NCBI GenBank assembly: GCA_963695635.1
Contig: CAVOHK010000009.1
Coordinates: forward strand, 72,671-136,670
Length of the DNA stretch: 64,000 nt
Source: an uncultured Acidobacteriota bacterium
Lineage (GTDB): Bacteria > Acidobacteriota > Vicinamibacteria > Vicinamibacterales > CAVVIG01
Direction: 5' to 3'
Shown: positions 10,767 through 18,781 of the stretch, one piece after another
Position numbering within the stretch: position 1 is the stretch's first letter
How the letters are laid out: each line of letters opens with the position of its first letter
Position numbers and translations under genes: made by a program
Notes under the pieces: generated by a model
Told to the model about the DNA's origin: nothing
What the model saw: the letters and a program-made list of their open reading frames with translations, nothing else
Databases searched by the model: none

Positions 10767-11732
10767 ATGCAACAAGCCATCCTAGTACCGGCCGACTCCG
10801 AAGGTACTCGCCTCGATCGCTTCCTCGTCTCCGTCCTTCCGAATCAATCGCGTTCTCAGATTCAACGCCTGATCAAAGACGGTAAGGTTTTGCTCGCAGG
10901 CAAGGCGGCAAAAGCCAACCTCGCCGTCAAGCAGGGGCAGACATTCGAGGTCGAGATACCGGAAGCGGTCGACACCGAACTGCAACCCGAAGCACTACCA
11001 CTGCCGATCCTCTATGAAGACACCGACCTGTTGGTCGTCGACAAACCGGCCGGCATGGTCGTGCATCCGGCGGCTGGCCACGCCAGCGGAACACTGGTCA
11101 ATGCACTCCTGCATCATGTCGACGACCTCAGCGGCATCGGCGGCGAGAAGCGGCCGGGAATCGTCCACCGGCTCGACCGCGGCACTTCGGGACTGATGGT
11201 GGTGGCCAAACACGACGCCGCCCACGAAGAACTGTCGCGGCAGTTTCACGACCGTGAGGTCGAAAAAGAATACGCCGCGCTGGTCTGGGGCGAAGTGATG
11301 GCGGGCCGCCGCATCGACGCGCCGATCGGTCGCGATCCGTCGAACCGCAAGAAGATGTCGGCCGCAACACCAAACCGTGTGCGGCGCAGCCGCGAAGCGG
11401 TTACCCGCATCGTCCGCGCCGAACATTTTGGCCGCACGCTGACACTCGCGGTGGTTGCCATTCATACCGGCCGTACCCATCAAATTCGCGTTCACTTGAG
11501 CGCGATCGGTCACCCGATCGTCGGCGACTCGCTGTATGGCGGTGTTCATCGTCGCGTCCCGGGCGACCTGCGAGCGGTCACGCACCTGGATCGACCCTTC
11601 CTGCACGCCGCCCATCTCGCCTTTACGCATCCGGCTGACGGCCGCCGCATGGAGTTCTCGAGCGAGCTGCCCGACGATTTGCAGCGCGTCCTCGATGAAC
11701 TCCGGGAGCAGATCCATGGCGACCGTCTTTAA
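10767..11732 (+). CDS. rluD: RluA-family 23S rRNA pseudouridine synthase (RluD-like)
   Basis: N-terminal S4-like domain and the catalytic HRLDRGTSGLMVVAK motif. The start abuts the lgt stop. Confidence 0.9.
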   Translation: MQQAILVPADSEGTRLDRFLVSVLPNQSRSQIQRLIKDGKVLLAGKAAKANLAVKQGQTFEVEIPEAVDTELQPEALPLPILYEDTDLLVVDKPAGMVVHPAAGHASGTLVNALLHHVDDLSGIGGEKRPGIVHRLDRGTSGLMVVAKHDAAHEELSRQFHDREVEKEYAALVWGEVMAGRRIDAPIGRDPSNRKKMSAATPNRVRRSREAVTRIVRAEHFGRTLTLAVVAIHTGRTHQIRVHLSAIGHPIVGDSLYGGVHRRVPGDLRAVTHLDRPFLHAAHLAFTHPADGRRMEFSSELPDDLQRVLDELREQIHGDRL

Positions 11733-12222
11733 AGGACGGGTTTTTTCGGTCGAAGTCGACGAGCTGACGTTTCCGAACGGACAGCGCCATACCGTCGAGA
11801 TCGTCCGTCACGCACCATCGGTCGTGCTGATCCCGCTCGAAGACGACGGCCGCGTGGTCTTGATCAAGCAGTTTCGCGCGCCGCTTGGCCGTGAGATCTG
11901 GGAATTCCCCGCCGGCCGGGTCGACGCCGGCGAGTCGGCCGAGGACGCGGCCCGCCGGGAATGCGAAGAGGAAATCGGACGCGCCCCACAACGGCTCGAA
12001 CGCATTCGCGGACTCTTTCCTACGCCGGGATTCTGCGACGAAGAACTGATTTTCTTCCGCGTCAGCGAGCTGCGTGCGCCCGCTACTGGTTCGGCGCGCC
12101 AGCCAGATGAAGACGAATACATCGTGACGAAGAGCCTCTCCGTCAGCGAGGCGCGGGCAATGCTCACGCGCGGCGAGATTGTCGACTTGAAAACCGCGTA
12201 TGCGTTGACGTTACTGGAGTAA
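11716..12222 (+). CDS. NUDIX hydrolase (ADP-ribose pyrophosphatase-like)
   Basis: Nudix box GRVDAGESAEDAARRECEEEIG. ATG at 11716 (MATVFKGRVFSV) overlaps the rluD end by 17 nt. Confidence 0.85.
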   Translation: MATVFKGRVFSVEVDELTFPNGQRHTVEIVRHAPSVVLIPLEDDGRVVLIKQFRAPLGREIWEFPAGRVDAGESAEDAARRECEEEIGRAPQRLERIRGLFPTPGFCDEELIFFRVSELRAPATGSARQPDEDEYIVTKSLSVSEARAMLTRGEIVDLKTAYALTLLE

Positions 12223-12230
12223 GACGGCGC

Positions 12231-12300
12231 GTCGCTGGTCGCTGGTTGCGCGTCACTCGTTGCTCGTCGCTAGTCGCTCGTTACTCGCAGCTCGTCGTTG
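12231..12300. repeat. Single-orientation short-period array (GTCGCTS units)
   Basis: gtcgctggtcgctggttgcgcgtcactcgttgctcgtcgctagtcgctcgttactcgcagctcgtcgttg. It spans the nudix/HDAC junction and the last HDAC codons. Confidence 0.6.
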
Positions 12301-13229
12301 CCATTCGTCGCCTCATCGACGGTGGCTGCGTGTATTTCCACGGTGTCTTGCACGCGACGGGCATAGCCGCCAGCCAGCGTGATCACCAGGGGAATGCCGG
12401 CCGTTCGCGCCGTTTGGATCACCGTCCGATCGCGCTTCCGCAACCCGTCTTTCGTCAGCCGTAGCCCGCCGAGCTGGTCGTCCTCATACGGGTCCGCGCC
12501 CGCCAGATAAAAGATGCAATCGGGACGATGCGCCAAGACCTCGGGCAGGGCGCGTTCGAGCGCTGCGAGATACGTCGCATCGTGCGTCCCGTCCGGCAAT
12601 CCGATGTCGAGCGAACCTTTCGGCTTCCACATCGGGTAGTTATGCTGCTGGTGCATCGAGAACGTGAAGACGTCAGGATCGGATTCGAAGATGAACGCGG
12701 TGCCGTTACCGTGATGGACATCGAGGTCCACGATCGCGTGACGCGCAACCCCTTCTTGCTGGAGTACGCGAACCGCCACGGCGACGTCGTTGAACGGGCA
12801 AAAACCCTCGCCGTGATTCGGGAAGGCATGATGGAGGCCGCCGCCGATGTGGCACGCGACGTTGAACGCCGAGTTCGCCGGGCTCGCCGAGAAAAAGTTG
12901 CTCGGCGTTCTCGGCGGGCTCGGCGTTCCGATTTTCGTCGCCAGCCGGGCGGCGAGGATCGTTCCGCCGACCATCAACCGGAAACCCTCCACCATTTCTT
13001 CCGACCACGGCAACTCGAGCTGCGCGATGTCGGCGGTTTCCATCCGGCCGGTGCGCAGCTTCTCGAGATACTCGGGCGTGTGAACCAGCGCGAGCTGATC
13101 CCAGGTGGCCGGCTCAGGCTCGATGGTGTCGATCTTCAGCTGTTCGGCGACGAGGCGGTACTTCTCGGTGGGAAAAACGTGCAGCCCGATATCGATCTGA
13201 TATCGAACTGAATAGACAACATTGATCAC
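12270..13229 (-). CDS. Histone deacetylase family protein (AcuC / acetylpolyamine amidohydrolase-like) carrying an in-frame repeat insertion
   Basis: 319-aa ORF with GGGLHHAF, DLDVHHGNGT and LAGGYA motifs. A segment of about 25 aa (KIGTPSPPRTPSNFFSASPANSAFN) before GGGLHHAF is encoded by a hairpin repeat. Confidence 0.88.
   Translation of the reverse strand: MINVVYSVRYQIDIGLHVFPTEKYRLVAEQLKIDTIEPEPATWDQLALVHTPEYLEKLRTGRMETADIAQLELPWSEEMVEGFRLMVGGTILAARLATKIGTPSPPRTPSNFFSASPANSAFNVACHIGGGLHHAFPNHGEGFCPFNDVAVAVRVLQQEGVARHAIVDLDVHHGNGTAFIFESDPDVFTFSMHQQHNYPMWKPKGSLDIGLPDGTHDATYLAALERALPEVLAHRPDCIFYLAGADPYEDDQLGGLRLTKDGLRKRDRTVIQTARTAGIPLVITLAGGYARRVQDTVEIHAATVDEATNGNDELRVTSD
12861..12928. repeat. 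GAACGCCGAG...CTCGGCGTTC hairpin element, copy inside the HDAC coding sequence
   Basis: gttgaacgccgagttcgccgggctcgccgag-aaaaagttg-ctcggcgttctcggcgggctcggcgttc. Same termini as the intergenic copies at 13241 and 54756. Confidence 0.8.
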
Positions 13230-13240
13230 GAAAAAGATTA

Positions 13241-13312
13241 GAACGCCGAGAACGCAGAGCTCGCGGAGATAAATTTGGTCTTTTCTCGGCGTGCTCGGCG
13301 AGCTCGGCGTTC
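13241..13312. repeat. GAACGCCGAG...CTCGGCGTTC hairpin element, intergenic copy
   Basis: gaacgccgagaacgcagagctcgcggag-ataaatttggtctttt-ctcggcgtgctcggcgagctcggcgttc. It lies between the HDAC start and the corrected lon stop. Confidence 0.8.
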
Positions 13313-13319
13313 CGGTTTT

Positions 13320-15768
13320 TTACGGCCGCGCCGCCATCGGCGGCGTCCGCTTCGGTTCGGGCTTCGACGGTCGAACGTCGGTCGACACCGGCTGCAGCGC
13401 CAGCGCCAGCACTTCGTCGATCGTCGATACCAGGTGCACGGTCAGGTTCTTTCGCAGCTCTGGGCGTCAGGTCCTCGTTGACGTTCTTGCCGTTCTGTAT
13501 CGGCAGGATCACCTCGTTGATCCCGACGCGCCGCGCGGCGAGCACCTTCTCTTTGACGCCGCCGATCGGCAAGACACGCCCCGACAGGGTGATTTCGCCG
13601 GTCATCGCGATGTCGCCGCGTACCGGACGTCCGGTCAACTCCGAAACCATCGCCGTCACCATTGTCACCCCCGCCGACGGACCATCTTTCGGAATCGCTC
13701 CGGATGGCACATGCACGTGCATTTCAGCGTTTTTGAAGAAATCGGGATCGATGTTGTACGCCTTCGCGTGCGCACGCAGCCACGACAGCGCTGCCCGTGC
13801 CGATTCCTTCATCACTTCGCCGAGCTGACCGGTCAGCGTGAGGGAGCCTGTACCCGCCATACGTGACGCTTCGATGAACAGCACTTCGCCGCCAACCGCG
13901 GTCCACGCCATGCCGATGGCGACGCCTGGATCCTTGGTTCGCTCTTCCATTTCCTCGTCGAGGAACCGCGGCGCCCCCAGCATTTCAAGCACCACTTCCG
14001 GCGTGATCTCGATTGGCGACTCGTCGCCTTCCGCGCGTCGCCGCGCCGCCTTGCGGCACAGCGATCCGATCTCGCGCTCGAGATTGCGGACGCCGGCCTC
14101 TCGGGTGTAGCCGCGAATCACTTGCCGGATGGCCGCGTCGGTGAACCGGATCGTCTCGGGCGTCAAACCGTGATTGGTCACCTGCTTCGCCACCAGGTGA
14201 TCCACCGCGATCCGCAGCTTCTCTTCCTCGGTGTATCCGGCGATTTCGAGTACTTCCATCCGATCGCGCAGCGCCGGCGGAACCGGATCGAGCACGTTCG
14301 CGGTCGTGATGAACAGCACCGAGGACAGATCGAACGGCACGTCCAGATAGTGATCGCGGAACGTGTTGTTCTGCTCCGGATCCAGCACTTCCAGCAGCGC
14401 CGACGATGGATCGCCGCGGAAGTCCGAACCGAGCTTGTCGATCTCATCGAGGATGAAGACCGGATTCTTCGATTCGGCGCGGCGCAGCCCCTGGATGATC
14501 TGGCCTGGCAGCGCACCGATGTAGGTCCGGCGGTGGCCGCGGATCTCGGCTTCGTCTCGCATGCCGCCAAGCGACACCCGCACGAACTTTCGGCCGATCG
14601 ACTCGGCGATCGAGCGCGCCAGCGACGTTTTGCCGACGCCGGGAGGGCCGACAAAGCACAGGATCGGTCCCTTGACGTTCGGATTCAGCTTGCGGACGGC
14701 CAGATATTCGAGGATCCGGTCTTTCGCTTTTTCCAGGCCCGAATGATCGGCGTCGAGCTTCTCTTTCGTCTTCGGCAGGTCGATCACTTCTTCGGTGGTC
14801 TTTGCCCAGGGCAGCGCGACCAGCCAGTCGAGATAGGTGCGCGAGACGGTGTACTCCGCAGCGGCAACCGGCATCTTCGACAACCGGTCGAGCTCGCGCA
14901 CCGCTTCCTTCTTTACCAGCTCGGGCATGCCGGCGGCCTCGATCTTTTCCTGGAGCTCCTCGATCTCCTTGGTCTGATCGTCGCCCTCGCCCAGCTCCTT
15001 CTGAATCGCCTTCATCTGCTCGCGCAGGAAGTACTCGCGCTGGTTCTTCCCGACTTCCGACTGGACCTGCGACTGGATCTTCGACCCGAGCTCGAGAACT
15101 TCCAGCTCCTTGATCAGGATCCGATTCAGGTTATCCATCCGCGCGCGGATATCGAGCGTCTCGAGCACTTCCTGCTTCGTCGCGGTTGAAATCGTCGACA
15201 GCGATGAAGCGATGAAGTCCGCGAGCCGTCCGGCCTCGGTGATATTCGACGCGAGCGTCTGCAGATCGTCGGACAGCAGCGGCGACAACGAGACGACCTG
15301 CTGGAAGTTGGTCTTGATGTTGCGCGCCAGCGCGTCGATCTCCAGCCGATCGGCATCGTTGGTGCCCTCCGCAGCGGCGCTGACGCGGGCGCGGAGATAG
15401 GGATGCGAAGACACGACTTCGTCGAGCTTGAGACGCGCCAGGCCCTGGACGATCAGCCGCAGGCTGCCATCAGGCAGCTTGAACATCTTGTGGATGTGCG
15501 TCGCGGTCCCGACCGCGTGGAGATCGTCCTGGCCGGGCTCTTCGACCGCCGCGTCACGCTGCGTGAAGACCGCGATCAGTTTGCCGTTGGCGATCGCGTC
15601 GTCGATCAGGCGCACCGAGCTTTCGCGCGCGACCGCGAGCGGCATGAACGAATTCGGAAAGAGGACCGTGTCCCGAAGCGGGAGGATCGGCAGCTCCGAG
15701 GGAATCGAAAGCGGCCGATCGCCGATCGAGACGTCCTCGGTTTTGAGGTTCTCGATTTGATCGCTCAC
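13320..15768 (-). CDS. lon: ATP-dependent Lon protease, frameshifted near the 3' end as assembled
   Basis: LON N-domain, Walker A GPPGVGKTSLARS, and the protease Ser in PKDGPSAGVTMVTA. As read, the ORF runs to 13114 with a nonsense tail. Dropping one base of the GGG run at 13462-13464 restores ...NEDLTPELRKNLTVHLVSTIDEVLALALQPV... with a stop at 13320-13322. Confidence 0.93.
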
Positions 15769-15797
15769 AGCGACCTCACTTCAATTGTGAATTTATT

Positions 15798-15908
15798 CAT
15801 CTGGTCATCTGGTCATCTGGTCATTTGATCGATGGAGTTTCGAGCGTTCAGATATTTAGACGCTCAATTCCAATGACCAGATGACTAAATGAACAAATGA
15901 CCAGATTG
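15798..15908. repeat. Inverted octamer arrays (CATCTGGT / ACCAGATG) with a central small palindrome
   Basis: catctggtcatctggtcatctggtcatttg ... gagcgttcagatatttagacgctc ... caatgaccagatgactaaatgaacaaatgaccagattg. Located between the lon start and the dksA-like stop. Confidence 0.85.
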
Positions 15909-15997
15909 AACTATTCCCGAGTTTTGCTTCTGGGCTTGCCGAAGGCGGAGGGTGTGGGCTCCGCTTCCGGCGGAGCCCACCAATGGGACGCCGAGAG

Positions 15998-16462
15998 TTA
16001 CATGTCGAGGAACAGCGACGAAGCACCCCGCCGGGCGTTCGCCTGGCGCTCGCGCATCTCGATGTTCTCGCGCCGCTCCTCGCAGTCCTTGCAGCGGACC
16101 GCGAACGGAAGAGCGCGCAGACGCTTTTCGCCGATTTCCTCGCCGCACTCGAAGCAGTAGCCGTAATCGCCTTGCTCGAGCCGGACGATCGCGTCGTCAA
16201 TCTTGTTGAGAGTCTCCGACTTCATCTGAATAAGCGCGAACTCCAGATCTTCCTGGATGTCGGCCTCGGAGCTCTCGACGGCGTCAAGCACTTCGTTGAG
16301 CTTGCCGCCCCAGGTGCCTTCTTCGCGGACACCGCGCATCTTGCCCTGAACTTGTGCGTGTAGTTCTTTACGCCGCCCGTCGAGCATCTGTTTAAGTTCG
16401 GCGTAGCGATTCCGAGACATTCTCGGTTCCGCTGCCGCATTCTGAACGTTCTTATTCGCCAT
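15998..16462 (-). CDS. dksA: DksA/TraR-family C4 zinc-finger protein
   Basis: CFECGEEIGEKRLRALPFAVRCKDC (CxxC-N17-CxxC) after a coiled-coil region. ATG at 16462 (MANKNVQN) is preceded by GAGGAAGGAG. The ORF-track start 16558 is rejected. Confidence 0.85.
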   Translation of the reverse strand: MANKNVQNAAAEPRMSRNRYAELKQMLDGRRKELHAQVQGKMRGVREEGTWGGKLNEVLDAVESSEADIQEDLEFALIQMKSETLNKIDDAIVRLEQGDYGYCFECGEEIGEKRLRALPFAVRCKDCEERRENIEMRERQANARRGASSLFLDM

Positions 16463-16530
16463 GTCCGCCGCTCCTTCCTCGCTCACCGTCACGCTAAGAT
16501 TGCCGACCGTTATGCAAATGAACTGCCAAC

Positions 16531-16558
16531 TGTATACTGAACTACTGTCATATTGCAA
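16531..16558 (-). promoter_or_regulatory. Candidate sigma70-type promoter for the dksA-like gene
   Basis: Minus strand reads TTGCAA-16 nt-TATACA, about 65 nt upstream of the ATG. Confidence 0.4.
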
Positions 16559-16874
16559 GCGCCTTTGTCAGGATGCCTCGACTACGAGCTTTCGGGGCCA
16601 ATCGACGCTGTACCGCAAACCGCTTTTGCTTCTTCTATAACCGCTCACCGTAGCAACTTATTCCTTCGCAATGAGTTGAGCAGCACGACCCGCGAGAATC
16701 AACCGTTTGTTCAAAAAACGGATACTCCCTTAGACGCCAGAGACTGCCGAACGGTTCGGGCGTCAAGCGGTGGGTTTTGTCCGAAATTTCGGACGGCTAG
16801 CTGTCCCTAAATGGCAGGGGGTGTGCCGTGGAAGCTACGTAATTCGATCACATTTTCGACACACAGCGACAGTT

Positions 16875-17450
16875 TTAGTGTTTGACGGACGAGTTGCCGC
16901 CGGCCGACGGAACGACGCCTTTTTCAGTCAGCAGCTGGGCGCTGCGCGGGCTGCCGGTCTTCAACCATTTCTCGTAAAGCCGCAGCAAGTCGGCGTTCGA
17001 TCCGCACGAGGTGCGCTCGCTGACGTCGGCCAGCACATCGACGAAGCCCACAAACTTGCGCGCCAGCTCGGCGAAAACCGGCGAGCAGGCGTCGGTTTCC
17101 TGGCGTCCCAGCGCATTGTAGGCGGCGCCGCCGATCGCAACGTAGTAGTCGACATCCACGACGCCGCGCTGTAGTGATTCGGAAAAAAAACCGGAGACAA
17201 ACAACGACTCGTCGCCGATGGCTTTCAATCCGGCGCGCTGTCGAACGCCATCGCTACCGAGCGCCTGCGCGAGTCGGACCACGAGCGGACCCGAGTCTTC
17301 GTCGGCGGAGCGTCGCAGGAAGCTGGCAAGCAGGTGGACGATGTAGAACGCGGCGTCTTCGGTGGTCGTGAGTCGTTGGCGCGCGAGTGCGCTCTCGACG
17401 AGCTCACGGAAGTACGGCATGGCGTGTTCGACGACCTCGCGTCGAGCCAT
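16875..17450 (-). CDS. Hypothetical protein
   Basis: Open frame with GC3 bias. Start chosen at MARREVVEHAMPYFRELVE (17450). I recognise no motif. Confidence 0.5.
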   Translation of the reverse strand: MARREVVEHAMPYFRELVESALARQRLTTTEDAAFYIVHLLASFLRRSADEDSGPLVVRLAQALGSDGVRQRAGLKAIGDESLFVSGFFSESLQRGVVDVDYYVAIGGAAYNALGRQETDACSPVFAELARKFVGFVDVLADVSERTSCGSNADLLRLYEKWLKTGSPRSAQLLTEKGVVPSAGGNSSVKH

Positions 17451-17463
17451 AACCATTTGTACC

Positions 17464-18105
17464 ATGCAATTGAACAATAATGAACTGGTGGTTTGCCCTC
17501 TGTGCGGGACCCGAAAGGCGCGCCGTGGCTGTCCCGCTGTTGGACAGCAAATCTGCGCAGTCTGTTGCGGAACCAAGCGTCTCGTAGAGATTCAATGTCC
17601 GCCGGACTGCTCGTGGCTCGCCAGCGCCCGCGATCACCCGCCCGCCGTCATGGTCCGCCAGCAGAGACACGACATCGGTCTGCTGGTGAATTTCATGCGC
17701 GATCTCAGCGAACGGCAATCGCAGCTGTTCTTCTTGATCAACTCGTTCATCACCAGCTACCAGCCGGCGGAACTCCAGTCGCTGATCGACGACGATGTCG
17801 CGGAAGCGGTCGAGGCTCTGGCAGCGACCTACGAAACGTCCGTTCGCGGCGTGATCTACGACCATCGTCCCGCTTCACTGCCCGCCGACCGGCTGGCTAC
17901 GGCGCTCAGGCCCGTGCTGGCCGAGGCCGGCAAGAATCTCGGGACGGCATTCGAGCGCGACGCCGCCGTGGTCCTGCGCCGAATATCGGAGGCGGTCCGC
18001 GAGGTGCGGTCGGTTGCCGAACGAGAACAGGGCGGCGAGACCGACAACCGCAAAGCCTTCGTCGATTTGCTCGCCCGGGTGATCAAGCGCCCCGATCCGG
18101 TATAA
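17464..18105 (+). CDS. Hypothetical protein with Cys-rich N-terminus (probable metal-binding)
   Basis: MQLNNNELVVCPLCGTRKARRGCPAVGQQICAVCCGTKRLVEIQCPPDCSW has 9 Cys in about 40 residues, followed by a helical domain. ATG at 17464. Confidence 0.55.
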   Translation: MQLNNNELVVCPLCGTRKARRGCPAVGQQICAVCCGTKRLVEIQCPPDCSWLASARDHPPAVMVRQQRHDIGLLVNFMRDLSERQSQLFFLINSFITSYQPAELQSLIDDDVAEAVEALAATYETSVRGVIYDHRPASLPADRLATALRPVLAEAGKNLGTAFERDAAVVLRRISEAVREVRSVAEREQGGETDNRKAFVDLLARVIKRPDPV

Positions 18106-18119
18106 TCAAGGTTTTGCAT

Positions 18120-18311
18120 ATGGCCAAACATTGCGAGATTTGCGGGAAGACCCCTGTCGTCGGACGCCAGCACAGCCACGCCAACAACGTGAGCGCGCGG
18201 CGCTTTGAACCGAATCTTCAGGTCGTGCGGGCGATGATCAACGGCGGTGTACGCCGCATCCGCGCCTGCACACGGTGTATTCGCTCGGGCCGAGTGACGA
18301 AAGCAGCGTAG
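18120..18311 (+). CDS. rpmB: 50S ribosomal protein L28
   Basis: MAKHCEICGKTPVVGRQHSHANNVSARRFEPNLQVVRAMINGGVRRIRACTRCIRSG. It is embedded in the tail of a longer ORF-track entry. Confidence 0.92.
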   Translation: MAKHCEICGKTPVVGRQHSHANNVSARRFEPNLQVVRAMINGGVRRIRACTRCIRSGRVTKAA

Positions 18312-18334
18312 GCTCGCCCGCCAGGAAGAGGCGA

Positions 18335-18778
18335 ATGAAGCATTCCTTTTCCAGCGACACCGCTCCGAAGGCGATCGGGCCATATTCGCAGGCCGTTCGC
18401 GTCGGTGATCTGCTTTTCCTGTCCGGGCAAGTCCCGCTCGACCCGGCAACCGGTCAGCTGATCGAGGGCGACATCAGCGCACAGACGCGGCGGGTGATGG
18501 ACAACCTCGACGCCGTGCTGAAGAGCGCCGGCTTGTCGTTCGCCGATGTCGCGCGCACCACGATCTTTCTCGCTGACATGAACGACTTCGCGAAAGTGAA
18601 CGAGGTCTACGGCTCGTATTTCACCGAGCCGTTTCCGGCTCGAGCCACCGTTCAGGTCGCGCGCCTGCCGAAAGACGCGCGCGTCGAGATCGACGCGATC
18701 GCCTTCTTCGCTGAAACGAAGCCGTGGAGTTGCTGGATATGCTCTGGGACTCGGCTTCGCTGCGAGCTTCGCTTTTGA
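18335..18778 (+). CDS. ridA: RidA/YjgF-family reactive intermediate deaminase
   Basis: APKAIGPYSQAVRVGDLLFLSGQ...ARATVQVARLPKDARVEIDAIA. AGGAAGAG precedes the ATG at 18335. There is an unusual C-terminal extension of about 20 aa. Confidence 0.88.
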   Translation: MKHSFSSDTAPKAIGPYSQAVRVGDLLFLSGQVPLDPATGQLIEGDISAQTRRVMDNLDAVLKSAGLSFADVARTTIFLADMNDFAKVNEVYGSYFTEPFPARATVQVARLPKDARVEIDAIAFFAETKPWSCWICSGTRLRCELRF

Positions 18779-18781
18779 CCA

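Noticed and set aside
13114-13319. Overlap of lon with the HDAC gene as a genuine overlapping-gene arrangement
   Set aside because: The overlap exists only in the frameshifted reading. The corrected Lon C-terminus ends at 13320-13322.
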